Shown: positions 28,862 to 39,560, counted from the first letter of the stretch. The stretch is 64,000 bases of DNA from Bacilli bacterium (GCA_045628045.1 JAZQOV010000002.1:32001-96000); one strand, 5' to 3'. Notes: generated from the letters alone by a model not told the origin. A program made the numbers and translations.

Positions 28862-29587
28862 ATGTTTCCACTTGGCCCATTAGTAAATTCATTTGCAGTC
28901 CTTATTGCAGGTTTTTTAGGAGGCTTAGTAGGCTCTAGATTAAAAGAAAGAGTTGCTACAGCCTTAAGTGTTTTAATGGGCTTTGTTGCACTTGCAATAG
29001 GTATTATCTTAACAATTCAAGTTCAAACTCTTCCTGCGGTTGTGCTTTCTTTAGTTTTAGGCACACTCATTGGTTCACTTTTAAAACTTGATGATAGAGT
29101 TTCCTCTTTATTCGCGAAGATCAACAAAAAATTCTTTAAACAAGATCAGGACGAAGAAAAATCATCCATGTTTAATACAGTTTTAGTACTTTGTTGTGTT
29201 AGTGGAACTGGCATATTTGGTGCAATAAATGAAGGTTTAGGGAATGGGACTACGATGCTTATTTGCAAAGCAATTATGGATTTTGTAACTGTCTTTATCT
29301 TTGCATCTTATATTGGAAAATCATGCGCTTTAATTTCTATTCCTCAAGTAGTTATCCTTTTGCTTCTATTCTTTTTAGCAACATTTGTGAAACCGGTTGT
29401 AGATAATCCAATCCTAAAAGGTGATTTTTCTGCAGTTGGAGGAATAATTGAATTAATTATTGGTTTTAGAATTTTAAAGCTCACAAAAATGAAGGTTATT
29501 GATACGCTTCCTTCAATTATTCTTATCTTTTTAGTAACATGGATTTGGAATCTAGCATTACCAGGTCACATTAACTTATTTGCCTAA
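28862..29587 (+). CDS. DUF554 family membrane protein
   Basis: GPLVN.FAV..AG, G.GIFGAINEGL, KAIMDF, SAVGG; hydrophobic throughout. Confidence 0.85.
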   Translation: MFPLGPLVNSFAVLIAGFLGGLVGSRLKERVATALSVLMGFVALAIGIILTIQVQTLPAVVLSLVLGTLIGSLLKLDDRVSSLFAKINKKFFKQDQDEEKSSMFNTVLVLCCVSGTGIFGAINEGLGNGTTMLICKAIMDFVTVFIFASYIGKSCALISIPQVVILLLLFFLATFVKPVVDNPILKGDFSAVGGIIELIIGFRILKLTKMKVIDTLPSIILIFLVTWIWNLALPGHINLFA

Positions 29588-29665
29588 AAATAATTGATAT
29601 TAATTATTTATTATTGAAAATATATCCTTACTAGTGTATATTATTAAGGCGCAAAAGCGCCAAAT

Positions 29666-29742
<77 letters not shown>

Positions 29743-29798
29743 TTTGTTGATAATCAGCCCTTATGAGGGCTGTTATTATAGGGGGAAACACCCTAGAA

Positions 29799-29874
29799 GG
29801 GCACTTAGCTCAGTTGGGAGAGCGTTTCCTTCACACGGAAGAGGTCACAAGTTCGAACCTTGTAGCGCCCACCA
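29799..29874 (+). tRNA. tRNA-Val(CAC)
   Basis: Anticodon loop TT-CAC-AC, TTCGAA T-loop, encoded CCA; one A-C mismatch in the acceptor stem. Confidence 0.88.
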
Positions 29875-29877
29875 GAT

Positions 29878-29953
29878 GCCTTCTTAGCTCAATTGGTAGA
29901 GCAACCGCCTTGTAAGCGGTAGGTTATTGGTTCAAGTCCGATAGAAGGCACCA
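29878..29953 (+). tRNA. tRNA-Thr(TGT)
   Basis: ACCGC-CTTGTAA-GCGGT anticodon arm; encoded CCA. Confidence 0.95.
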
Positions 29954-29964
29954 TTTCTTAATTT

Positions 29965-30049
29965 GGAGATATGGCGAAACTGGCAGACGCGTTAGACTTA
30001 GGATCTAATGGGGCAACCCGTGCAGGTTCAATTCCTGTTATCTCCACCA
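29965..30049 (+). tRNA. tRNA-Leu(TAG)
   Basis: TTAGA-CTTAGGA-TCTAA anticodon arm, long variable arm, encoded CCA. Confidence 0.95.
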
Positions 30050-30052
30050 ATG

Positions 30053-30077
30053 AAAAAGCTCAAAAATGAGCTTTTTT
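30053..30077 (+). terminator. tRNA operon terminator
   Basis: AAAAAGCTCA-AAAA-TGAGCTTTTTT. Confidence 0.8.
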
Positions 30078-30159
30078 CTTTACTTAAATACTTGGTATTT
30101 ACTACCTGTTATGAAAAACGGGAATCAGCGTGCAAAAAGTGTGTCATAATGTTGGTGAT

Positions 30160-30939
30160 ATGAAAATCACTAATATTAAAAGAGAAAAAAAGCAGCATTT
30201 AATTACATTAGAGAACGGCAATTCTTTTAAAATTTTTAGTGCAATCAAAGATGAATTTAATTTATATATTAATAAAGATATAGATGAAAATTTGATTGAA
30301 GAAATTAAAAAAGAGAATGAAATTCAAAAATATTTTGATGCTGCAATTAAAAAACTGAAAAATGGGGACTGTTCTCCAAACAAATTAAAAGAATTTCTTA
30401 TAAAGAAAGGCGCGAAAAAAGGTGAAGCAAATAAAGTAATCGCAAAATTATCAAAATATTCTTTGTTAAATGAAGATGAATTAATCAAAAATGTTATTTC
30501 TTTCTGCGATTCAAAACATTATGGATATAACAGAATTATTTCGATGCTAATAGCTCGTGATGTTTCAAGGAAAAAGATTGATGAAGTTAAATACGATTTA
30601 AAAAGAGAACGAAATGAAGCACAAAAACAACATAGTGTTTTGGTGAAACGATACAAAAATAAGAATAACGCAAATTTAAAAAGAAGCGTTTATGCATCGT
30701 TAATTCGTCTTGGATTTAATGAAGAAATTGCATCTTTTTACTCGGCAAAGACTTTTAATTCAACAATAAATGAATTAAATATGTTAAAATTAGATTATCA
30801 AAGATTTTTTTCGAGTTATTCTCGAAAATTACAAGGGAAAGATTTAACTGAAAAAATATTCGACAAATTAATGTCTCGAGGTTACATGTTTCAAGACATT
30901 AAATTAGTGATGGAGGAACTTAATAATGAAATGGGTTAA
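30160..30939 (+). CDS. recX: RecX family regulator
   Basis: MKITNI start typical of Firmicutes long RecX; repeated three-helix units ending L..KG, L.RLGF, LMSRGY. Confidence 0.7.
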   Translation: MKITNIKREKKQHLITLENGNSFKIFSAIKDEFNLYINKDIDENLIEEIKKENEIQKYFDAAIKKLKNGDCSPNKLKEFLIKKGAKKGEANKVIAKLSKYSLLNEDELIKNVISFCDSKHYGYNRIISMLIARDVSRKKIDEVKYDLKRERNEAQKQHSVLVKRYKNKNNANLKRSVYASLIRLGFNEEIASFYSAKTFNSTINELNMLKLDYQRFFSSYSRKLQGKDLTEKIFDKLMSRGYMFQDIKLVMEELNNEMG

Positions 30940-31864
30940 TGAATTTGTAGATGGTGATCACATTATTGGACAACTTTTAGTTGTAAGTGCAGTAAAAGGC
31001 ACAACAGATAAAGGTTTAAATTACTTAAACGTAACATTCCAAGATAAAACCGGTTCTATTGAAGCTAAAAAATGGGATGCCACAAGTGAAGACTTAAAAG
31101 TTTTGGTGCCAGGCAGCGTTGTAGTGGTGGATGGAATTGTAAATTTATATAAAAACCAACCACAACTTAAGATTGTTGAGGTCTCTAAAACTGAACCAGG
31201 CGAAGTTAATATGACAAATTTCGCAAGAGTTTCACCAATTCCATTAGAAAAGCTTAAAGCAAAGCTTGAAGGCTACTTAAATAGCTTTACTGATAAAGAT
31301 GTTGAAAAAGTTGCTAGAGCTGTTATTAGCCATTTTTATGAGAAATACACAATTTATCCTGGTGCTGTAAAAGTTCACCATGAATTTGGATCAGGTATTT
31401 TACATCACTCACTTTTTATGGCAGATGTCGCAGATGCAATTGCCAAGATTTACACTCAAGTTGATAGAGATATTCTTGTTGCAGGTGCTCTTCTTCACGA
31501 CATTGGTAAAACAATTGAATACGAAAATCCAATTGCACCAGTGCAAACTACCGAAGGTAAGCTTATTGGTCACATTGCAATCGGTTACTCAGAATTTAAG
31601 AAAGTAGTGGAATCTCTTAACATTACTTCAGAAGTCCCACTTCTTCTTGAACACATGATTCTTGCACACCATGGTACACTTGAGTTTGGTTCTCCAGTAA
31701 TGCCATCAACTCGTGAAGCTTTGCTTCTTGCAGAGATTGATATGCTCGATTCACGTCAAATGATCTTGGATAAATCACTTGCAACAATTAATGAAGGTGA
31801 ATTCACTCAGCGTTTATGGATGATGGACGATACAGCCTTCTATAAACCAAAATCAAGAAAATAA
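30926..31864 (+). CDS. yhaM: 3'-5' exoribonuclease YhaM (OB + HD domain)
   Basis: QDKTGSIEAKKW OB fold; HH..GILHH, LLHDIGK, HHG..EFGSP. Confidence 0.9.
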   Translation: MKWVNEFVDGDHIIGQLLVVSAVKGTTDKGLNYLNVTFQDKTGSIEAKKWDATSEDLKVLVPGSVVVVDGIVNLYKNQPQLKIVEVSKTEPGEVNMTNFARVSPIPLEKLKAKLEGYLNSFTDKDVEKVARAVISHFYEKYTIYPGAVKVHHEFGSGILHHSLFMADVADAIAKIYTQVDRDILVAGALLHDIGKTIEYENPIAPVQTTEGKLIGHIAIGYSEFKKVVESLNITSEVPLLLEHMILAHHGTLEFGSPVMPSTREALLLAEIDMLDSRQMILDKSLATINEGEFTQRLWMMDDTAFYKPKSRK

Positions 31865-31871
31865 GCAAAAT

Positions 31872-31909
31872 AAAAATGGAGCAGTTTGCTAGAACCGCTC
31901 CATTTTTTT
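31872..31909. terminator. Bidirectional terminator
   Basis: AAAAATGGAGC...GCTCCATTTTT between convergent yhaM and hit. Confidence 0.75.
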
Positions 31910-31910
31910 A

Positions 31911-32333
31911 TTAAATAGCTTTTTTAATTTCATCTGCTAAAGCAGGAAGAGATAATTTAGATAAGTCTGGATTCTCTTTCATCTCAATTCTGAATCCTTC
32001 GTTTGCGATATATCTAGGAATAACGTGCACGTGGAAGTGGAAAACGCTTTGGCCTGCCTCTTTATTAACGTTTGTTAATATGTTAACTCCTTTGGCCCCT
32101 AAAATGGCAATTTGGGCCTGTCCTATACGTTGGGCAACGTCCATAACCTTGTGCATTACATCTTTTTCTGCAGTGAGGAAGTTTTGATAATGCTTCTTGC
32201 TGATTACTAAAGTGTGTCCTGGAGTTACTTGAGAAATATCAAGGAATGCAAGGACATCATCGTCTTCATAAACTTTATGAGAAGGGATAATGCCATTAGC
32301 TATTTTGCAAAATATGCAATCATTTTCTTTCAT
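31911..32333 (-). CDS. HIT family protein
   Basis: DCIFCKI, PGHTLVI, GQSVFHFHVHVIPR. Confidence 0.93.
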   Translation of the reverse strand: MKENDCIFCKIANGIIPSHKVYEDDDVLAFLDISQVTPGHTLVISKKHYQNFLTAEKDVMHKVMDVAQRIGQAQIAILGAKGVNILTNVNKEAGQSVFHFHVHVIPRYIANEGFRIEMKENPDLSKLSLPALADEIKKAI

Positions 32334-32385
32334 ATGATTTCCTTTCAAACTAAAGGGAGGCCTAAGCCTCCCAAAGTGTGATTAA

Positions 32386-34041
32386 TTAATCTTCAAAGAT
32401 TTCGAGATCTGGGTATTCGCTCTTTAAGTATTCATATAATGAGCTATCGAAGAAGGTAACATCATTAAGAACCTTATTGAGATATTCGGTATAAGCATCT
32501 CTCTTATAGTTATCTTTGGTTGAAATAACTTTTGCAACTTGTCTACCAATTGTTTCAACTTTTTCTGCGCCATAATAAACACCGAGTCTTTCGTTGAATT
32601 TTTGTGGTGAGACTGCTTCGGTGACGTTGCAGAGCCAGAGGGCGCTACCATTGTCATCGTAGAGATAGTTGTATGGGTTATCTTCGAACTTATCTGCATC
32701 TGCTGATAAGACGAACTTAACACCTTTAATATTTCTTAAATAAGATTTTCTTACATAATCGCCTGGTTTTGTTTCAGGAACTGACTTTTCGATTTCGTTT
32801 GAAACAGTGTAGCTGAATAAACGATCTTTAAGTGGTAATTCTGAAGCTCCGCCATTTTTGACGAACCAACCATCGGTTGTGTAGTCTTCTTTTGCTAAAG
32901 CGATTAACTTTTGAAGTAAGCCATATTCTTTTGTCTTACCTTCAGATGTGAACTTATCAAGTTCTGCTTTATCTTCAGCAAGTGGGAATCTACCAGCTTT
33001 TTCAGCTTTGATTGCCTTTTGGAATGATTCGATAATCTTACCAAGTTTTGTTTCCTTGTAGTATTTACCTGCAGGAACAAGTGTTTGGTTGAGTGCTTCA
33101 TAGACATAAGCTTCATCAACAGTAACGAAATCATTACCATAGGTAGAAGCAAGAAGGATGTCAGAGACAGAACCTGATTCTGCGATAACATCAACACCTT
33201 CTTTATCAAATGAAGAGAAGCCCTTAATTGCGTCGATTAAGTCTTCGTAATTTAATTCAGCACCAGCTTCGATGTAGTATTTTGCATAATATTTGCAAAG
33301 TGAACGAATCTTGGTGTGTGATTCAGATTCATAAGGAATCTTAACGTAAGAAATTTCACGTGCATATGAACGACCAAGGTCCATTGGTGAAGTTCTATAG
33401 ATGTAGTCTTCGACTAAGATGTTCTTTAAGATTTCTGGGAAGACTTTCTTTTCAATAAAGTTGGTGTAGTCACCTTGTAACTTGAATGTTAATTTTCCTT
33501 CTGCGTTACGTGTAACGAATTCACCTTTTGTGAGGCTCTTTGTTACATAGAACTTAAGTTCTGGTTTGTGTTCAGCATCAAGGTCATAGAGTTCATCAAG
33601 ACGTGCTTCGTAAAGTTTCTTTTCTGAGAATTGACCATCTTCTTCGTCAACATATGATCCTGAGACAACTTCGTTGTAGAAGTATTCAGAAAGTCTAAGA
33701 TCAACATCTTTCTTGAATGCTTCGATTTGTTCAGAGGTCTTGCCTTCGAAGAATGCTTTTGATGTGAATGTATCATTCTTGTAGTCTTCGTAAGTACCAA
33801 ATTGTTCTTCAAGAAGTTCTTTGGTAATTCTTTCAACTACTTTTGCGTTTGTGTCACCTGCAATTGCGTCATATAAGGTACCAAGTTTGTTTTCATCGAA
33901 TTCTGCTTTTGAATTCATTTCGACAAATGGTTCGTTATAGTTGCTCGGGACTGCTGAGACAGGAGCGCATGATGCGAGGATGCATCCTGCGGAAAGAGCT
34001 AATGCTCCGAGAAATAATTTTTTACTGATGTTCTTTTCCAT
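32386..34041 (-). CDS. Large lipoprotein, possibly a degenerate PrsA-like paralog
   Basis: Start at MEKNISKK after AAGGAGG; lipobox LASC; overlaps the upstream lipoprotein gene by 20 nt. Confidence 0.75.
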   Translation of the reverse strand: MEKNISKKLFLGALALSAGCILASCAPVSAVPSNYNEPFVEMNSKAEFDENKLGTLYDAIAGDTNAKVVERITKELLEEQFGTYEDYKNDTFTSKAFFEGKTSEQIEAFKKDVDLRLSEYFYNEVVSGSYVDEEDGQFSEKKLYEARLDELYDLDAEHKPELKFYVTKSLTKGEFVTRNAEGKLTFKLQGDYTNFIEKKVFPEILKNILVEDYIYRTSPMDLGRSYAREISYVKIPYESESHTKIRSLCKYYAKYYIEAGAELNYEDLIDAIKGFSSFDKEGVDVIAESGSVSDILLASTYGNDFVTVDEAYVYEALNQTLVPAGKYYKETKLGKIIESFQKAIKAEKAGRFPLAEDKAELDKFTSEGKTKEYGLLQKLIALAKEDYTTDGWFVKNGGASELPLKDRLFSYTVSNEIEKSVPETKPGDYVRKSYLRNIKGVKFVLSADADKFEDNPYNYLYDDNGSALWLCNVTEAVSPQKFNERLGVYYGAEKVETIGRQVAKVISTKDNYKRDAYTEYLNKVLNDVTFFDSSLYEYLKSEYPDLEIFED

Positions 34042-36151
34042 CGTTGCAAAGTCCTCCTTCCTTTTTAAATAATGAATCAACACTTGCATTTAATACTTCT
34101 GCTGCTTCTACAATTGGATCGCCATTGACATCATAGAGTTCAACGCCATTTTCAATGTAGTAAGTAACAAGATCATTAACAATTTCATCAGCGTGTGCGC
34201 TTAAGCCTAATGCGTCGATTGCGCCTTGGATTGATAATTTGTTATTTGTTCCTTTGTAAAGGAGCTTACAAGTATCAGAGACAAGTTTTGTTCTTTCGGA
34301 ATTTTGTTTTTGAAGTGAATCAATGTATTCAGTCCAAGTTTTCTTCCAGGATTCTTCTCTTTCGGTAACTTGTTTATCGAGTGAGTTGTTAATCCATTTT
34401 GTTAAAGCCTTATCAAGTTTTTCGTCTTTAATCTTTAATCCTTCAATTTCTTTGAACTTGAGGAAGATGAATTTGTTAAGACGATCGCTATCAAATCCTT
34501 TGAGCTTAGAGGCTAATTCTGTTGCTCTTGATCTTGTCTTTTCAATATTGTCACTTGAGAAGTTGACATATGTTCTCATATCGCCTTCATAAACACCTTC
34601 AGTTGATGATTTATATTTTGGATATGTTGTTTCTTGATCTGGATATGCAGTGGTGTAGTAGTCATCCATTGAGACACCATTCTTGTCTTCACCTACGGTG
34701 AATGCTGAACGGTTTACAACGATGAAGTGAATTCCTTCGTAGCTACCTGAACCTGCACGTACGCAAAGGATTGGTTGCCATTCTCCTGCAACTTTGACAG
34801 AAAGAATTGGTAATTCGTGTCCTGCGTATTTAACAAATCCAGTACCACATGAAGCTTCAACTTGTTCATAAGTAACGCCACCAGATGTTTGTTTTTCGAT
34901 GTATTTCATTTCAACACCGTTCTTAACTTCAATTGCTTTATCAGCTGGACCGGTAATGAATGAAATTGAGTGTTTATTAAGAGACTTGTTATAAACAATA
35001 TTTCTTGGATAAACGAGTGAAGCATCGTCAATAACTGATTTTTCGTTATCTGATTTTGTTACTTCTGCGTATTCTTTTAATTCTTCAAATACTGAATAAT
35101 CAACAGTTGGAAGGATTACTTCGTCACTATCACTGTCATTAACTGCCTTAGTGTAGTTGCTTCTAACTGTATCATTAATGTGAATATGTGATTCTGCTGG
35201 AACGTGTTCGCCAGTTTCACCATGGAGTTTCTTGTTGTAAAGGTTTTCGTAAGCATAAAGACCAAGCTTAAATTCATTTACGAAACTTGTTGAAGTATCC
35301 ATGATGCCGAGATCTCCGCCTAATGTTGCAGAACCTTCATCGTCTGAAGAATATTTTGCAATTGTTGCGAATGAGTCATCACCAAATGCGATTTGATTGA
35401 CAACATCATAGAGTTTCTTTGCGTTTGCTTCAGAGATTGTTCCGTCAGCATATTTTCCGGATGAGTCTTCGACTTTAACTAAGATGTGTGAAATGTGATA
35501 TGGAACTTGGCTTTCAAAATAACCTTCCCAAACATTTTTAACATCATCGGACATGGTATAACCATCTTCGATAGTGCCAGCACCTTTAATTAATTCTTTT
35601 TCATAATAAGTATAGAAATCGTCATCAAAGAGTTCTTTCTTGATTTCGTTTTCATACTTTTCTCTTAATTCAGTTAAATCTTTGTCGTATTTAACTCCGT
35701 TTGATGCACAGATTGCTTCGAGTTCCTTTTTGACGCTTGTGTTGTTGCTCTTAGCATTTGTTTCGGCATTGTCTTTGTCAGTGTCGATCTTTTCTTGTGC
35801 GCGTGATTCAATCTTGCTCATATCTGCAGAGCCGATTTCATAAGTTTTTGATTCTTTCTTGTATTGCTTTTCTTCTTTTTGAAGTTTTGCATATTGCTCT
35901 TTAGATACTGAAAGATTGTCAATGTTAAAGTAATTTTTAACAATGATGGAGTAGATTGAATCGTAAATGGCTTGATATTTGCTTGCATCATCGTAGTAAT
36001 CTTCGAGAATTGCATCAGCATAAATCTCATTACCATTGTAAGATAATAAAACACCTCTGTTTGAGGACTTAACCATATTGTCACAGCCGGCAAGAGTACC
36101 AACTGAGAGCAATGCAGTCACCAAACCGAGAGAGAGTTTTGATTTCTTCAT
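34022..36151 (-). CDS. Lipoprotein with parvulin-type PPIase domain (PrsA-like foldase)
   Basis: Lipobox LAGC; YHISHILV, FATIAKYSSDDEGSATLGGDLG, FVNEF, GIHFIVV; near hit and yhaM as in the Bacillus prsA locus. Confidence 0.8.
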   Translation of the reverse strand: MKKSKLSLGLVTALLSVGTLAGCDNMVKSSNRGVLLSYNGNEIYADAILEDYYDDASKYQAIYDSIYSIIVKNYFNIDNLSVSKEQYAKLQKEEKQYKKESKTYEIGSADMSKIESRAQEKIDTDKDNAETNAKSNNTSVKKELEAICASNGVKYDKDLTELREKYENEIKKELFDDDFYTYYEKELIKGAGTIEDGYTMSDDVKNVWEGYFESQVPYHISHILVKVEDSSGKYADGTISEANAKKLYDVVNQIAFGDDSFATIAKYSSDDEGSATLGGDLGIMDTSTSFVNEFKLGLYAYENLYNKKLHGETGEHVPAESHIHINDTVRSNYTKAVNDSDSDEVILPTVDYSVFEELKEYAEVTKSDNEKSVIDDASLVYPRNIVYNKSLNKHSISFITGPADKAIEVKNGVEMKYIEKQTSGGVTYEQVEASCGTGFVKYAGHELPILSVKVAGEWQPILCVRAGSGSYEGIHFIVVNRSAFTVGEDKNGVSMDDYYTTAYPDQETTYPKYKSSTEGVYEGDMRTYVNFSSDNIEKTRSRATELASKLKGFDSDRLNKFIFLKFKEIEGLKIKDEKLDKALTKWINNSLDKQVTEREESWKKTWTEYIDSLQKQNSERTKLVSDTCKLLYKGTNNKLSIQGAIDALGLSAHADEIVNDLVTYYIENGVELYDVNGDPIVEAAEVLNASVDSLFKKEGGLCNDGKEHQ

Positions 36152-36378
36152 ATTGATTGCCTCCTATTCAATAAATGCGAGGAAATTATATTCTTTTCCT
36201 TGTATAAATACAACAAGTTTTTTCAAAAAATAATAGACTTGTCTATAAAGTGAGCTAAATTTGATATTTTTCAATTTTCTCCAAAAACAAAGTTTTTGAA
36301 AGATTTTTTATCATTTCATTTGCTAAGCGCTTGTTCATTATATAAAATAGTTGCCGTCTAAAAGGGAGAAAAAAGCCT

Positions 36379-37197
36379 ATGTCAAAGCTAAAAATTGAAA
36401 ACTTATTTGTTACTGTAAAAGATAAGGAAATCCTAAAAGGATTATCTATCGAATTTTCGTCTGAAGAAACAGTTGCTTTATTAGGTCCAAACGGCAATGG
36501 CAAATCAACCCTTTTACAAACCATTATGGGCAACCCAAATTACACTATTAAAAGTGGTAATATTTGGTTTGACGATAAAGATATTACAAAAATGTCAGTG
36601 GATGAACGATCAAAATTAGGAATTTTCCTCGGAATGCAGTATCCAAGTGAAGTTCCAGGCGTTAATAATTCTGACTTTTTGAAATCAGCTTTAAATGCTC
36701 ATAGAGAAAAACCTGTTTCATTATTTGAATTTTATAAATTAATGAATAATGCGTACGAAAAGATGCATATTCCGTTTGAAATGGCTAACAGAAATCTTAA
36801 TGAAGGTTTCTCTGGTGGCGAGAAAAAGAAGAATGAAATTCTTCAAATGCTTGTTTTAAATCCTAGTGTTGTCATGTTAGATGAAATTGACTCTGGACTT
36901 GATGTTGATGCAATTCAAGTTGTCGCAAACGTTATTAAAGAAGAACAAGCAAAACGTGGTTTCTTAATCGTTTCTCACTATGCAAAATTGTACGATTTAA
37001 TCAACATCGACAAGGTTGTCATCTTGATTAACGGAAAGATTGCAAAAGTTGGAGATAAATCATTAATTAAGAAGATTGATGAACAAGGTTATGAATGGTT
37101 AAAAGCCGAAGGAATTGAGTTCAAAAATGATGAATCAATGAACAAAGTTTCAATCGGAACTTGTGCTACAAAAGAAGTATTAAAAAAGAGCAAATGA
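36379..37197 (+). CDS. sufC: Fe-S assembly ATPase SufC
   Basis: GPNGNGKST, QYPSEVPGV, NEGFSGGEKKKNE, DEIDSGLDVDA. Confidence 0.95.
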   Translation: MSKLKIENLFVTVKDKEILKGLSIEFSSEETVALLGPNGNGKSTLLQTIMGNPNYTIKSGNIWFDDKDITKMSVDERSKLGIFLGMQYPSEVPGVNNSDFLKSALNAHREKPVSLFEFYKLMNNAYEKMHIPFEMANRNLNEGFSGGEKKKNEILQMLVLNPSVVMLDEIDSGLDVDAIQVVANVIKEEQAKRGFLIVSHYAKLYDLINIDKVVILINGKIAKVGDKSLIKKIDEQGYEWLKAEGIEFKNDESMNKVSIGTCATKEVLKKSK

Positions 37198-37901
37198 GCA
37201 AGCAAAATATTATCTTAAAAAATAAAGAAAAATGCGTACTCGAGTACACGACTTTTTCTGACATTAATTTGACTCTTGCTGAAGATTCAAATTTAGTTTT
37301 AAAGCTTGCAAATTTTGCAGAAAATTCAGAAATAAAAATTACAGGAAAAATCGGGAAAAACGCGGGAATTTCCGTGATTTTTGCGGATTTTTCAAAAGGA
37401 ACAACTTCTTTAATTTCTAAAATTGATCTTGAAGAAGAAGGTGCAAATGCAGATTGGCATTTAGCAACTTTATCTAACAAAAAAGACTCTAAAATTTTTG
37501 ATGTTTCTTTCACTCACAAAGTTGGAAAAACAACATCAAATATGGACAATTATGGAGTTGCTCGTGATGACTCTAAAATTGTCTTCTCTGGAGTGAGTCA
37601 CATTACTAATGGAGCGAAGTTATCAAATGCTAAACAAAACGCAAAAATTATTGTCTTTGATAAGAACGCTCAAGGTGTCGCTTCACCAATCTTAAAAATT
37701 GATGAAAATGAAGTTCAAGCAAGCCATGGAGCTATTGTTGGACAACTTAATTCTGATCACATGTTCTATTTAATGTCGCGTGGACTTACACGTGAAGAAG
37801 CTAGAACAATTATTACTCTAGGTTATCTTAATCCCGTTTCAAAAGAATTCAGTAAAGAAACTCAATCTTTGATTGAAAACGCGATAAAGGAGGCAATGTA
37901 A
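37194..37901 (+). CDS. sufD: SufD (short form)
   Basis: PILKIDENEVQASHGA.VG, MFYLMSRGL; position in the suf operon. Confidence 0.85.
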   Translation: MSKQNIILKNKEKCVLEYTTFSDINLTLAEDSNLVLKLANFAENSEIKITGKIGKNAGISVIFADFSKGTTSLISKIDLEEEGANADWHLATLSNKKDSKIFDVSFTHKVGKTTSNMDNYGVARDDSKIVFSGVSHITNGAKLSNAKQNAKIIVFDKNAQGVASPILKIDENEVQASHGAIVGQLNSDHMFYLMSRGLTREEARTIITLGYLNPVSKEFSKETQSLIENAIKEAM

Positions 37902-39133
37902 TGTTTGATCCTTATAAAATAAGAAAAGATTTTCCGATGTTTACAAACAAAACTAAAATGCAAGGTCATGATTTAGTGTTTTTAGACAATGCCTCTACAA
38001 CTTTTAAACCTCAATCTGTTATTGATGCAATTACTTATTATAATTCTTACGAAACATCTAATTCAGGACGTGGGGATTACGATGTAATGTATCACGTTGA
38101 TCAAAAGATTTTAGAAACCAGGAAAACTGTTGCAAAGTTTATAAATGCTGAACCAGAAGAGATTATTTTCACTTCAGGAGATACAGAATCACTCAATTTA
38201 GCCGTTTTTGGCTATTTTAAGAACCATTTGAAAAAAGGCGATGAAGTTTTACTTACTTACGCTGAACACGCCTCAAATGTGCTTCCGTGGTTTAAACTTC
38301 AAAAAGAGATTGGTTGTAAGGTTAATTTTATTAACCTTACAGATGAAGGTAGATTAACACCTGAAAATGTTGAAAAAGCAATTACAAAAAATACAAAAGT
38401 TATCTCAATTGCTCATATTACAAACGTTCTTGGATTCTGTGTTGATTTAAAATCAATCTGTGAAATTGCTCATAAACACGGAATTTTAGTTTTGTGTGAT
38501 GGCGCTCAATCTGTTCCACATATTAAAACTGATGTGAAGGATTCAGATGTTGATTTTCTAACTTTCTCTGGTCATAAAATGCTTGCCCCAACTGGAATCG
38601 GTGTTTTATATGGTAGAAAAGAACTTCTAAAAGAAACTGAACCAATTATTTTAGGTGGCGGCATGAATGAAACATTTGAAATTGACGGAAGTTATGTTTG
38701 CCATCAAGGTCCTGCTAAATTAGAGCCAGGAACTCATAATATTGAAGGTATTTACGGCTTAGAAGCTGCAATAAAATATATTGAAAGTGTTGGAATCGAA
38801 AATATTGAAAAACACGAAAAAGAACTTCGTTCATACGCAATTAAAAGAATGAAAGAAATTAAAGACATTGTTTTATACAATGAAAATGCTGACGCAGGAA
38901 TTATTTCATTTAATGTTAAAGGCGTATTTGCTCAAGATTTAGCAACACTTTTAAATTCAAAAGGAATCGCTGTTAGAAGCGGTAATCACTGCGCAAAGAT
39001 TCTTAAAAATCAAATTAAAGAAATTGCGACTGTAAGAGCATCATTGTATTTATACAATACTAAAGAAGATATTGATGCACTTGTAGAAGCACTTAAAGAA
39101 GGAGGAAATTTCTTAGATGCCTATTTCGCTTAG
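37901..39133 (+). CDS. sufS: Cysteine desulfurase SufS
   Basis: FLDNASTT, SGHKMLAPTGIG, VRSGNHCA. Confidence 0.93.
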   Translation: MFDPYKIRKDFPMFTNKTKMQGHDLVFLDNASTTFKPQSVIDAITYYNSYETSNSGRGDYDVMYHVDQKILETRKTVAKFINAEPEEIIFTSGDTESLNLAVFGYFKNHLKKGDEVLLTYAEHASNVLPWFKLQKEIGCKVNFINLTDEGRLTPENVEKAITKNTKVISIAHITNVLGFCVDLKSICEIAHKHGILVLCDGAQSVPHIKTDVKDSDVDFLTFSGHKMLAPTGIGVLYGRKELLKETEPIILGGGMNETFEIDGSYVCHQGPAKLEPGTHNIEGIYGLEAAIKYIESVGIENIEKHEKELRSYAIKRMKEIKDIVLYNENADAGIISFNVKGVFAQDLATLLNSKGIAVRSGNHCAKILKNQIKEIATVRASLYLYNTKEDIDALVEALKEGGNFLDAYFA

Positions 39134-39560
39134 CCCTCAAATGATGAGACAAATCATCATGGATCATTATGACAATCCACAATATAAGAAAACTCCTGAA
39201 AATAAGGAAAAATTCGAAATTGTTCATATGCATTCATCAAATTGCATTGATGATATTAATGTTTATGGACTTGTCGAAAATAACATAGTTAAGGAAGCTT
39301 ATTGGGATGGAGTTGCATGCACTATTTCAACTTCATCTACTGATATTATGTGTGGACTTATGATTGGCAAGTCTTGGGATGAAGCCAAAAACATAATTGA
39401 TCAATATAATCACATGATTCATGAAGAACCTTATGATGATTCAGTTCTTGATGAAGCAATAGTTTTTATGAATACATCAAAACAAGCAGCCCGAATTAAA
39501 TGTGCAACAATTGGTTGGGATGCAATGGACGAAATTATTTGTAAACATCATGAAAAATAA
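39117..39560 (+). CDS. sufU: SUF system SufU
   Basis: [29 protein letters not shown]. Confidence 0.9.
   Translation: MPISLSPQMMRQIIMDHYDNPQYKKTPENKEKFEIVHMHSSNCIDDINVYGLVENNIVKEAYWDGVACTISTSSTDIMCGLMIGKSWDEAKNIIDQYNHMIHEEPYDDSVLDEAIVFMNTSKQAARIKCATIGWDAMDEIICKHHEK

Noticed and set aside
36233-36246. Palindrome ATAGAC-TT-GTCTAT between the prsA-like gene and sufC
   Set aside because: Short, single occurrence and no regulator in the window; insufficient support.
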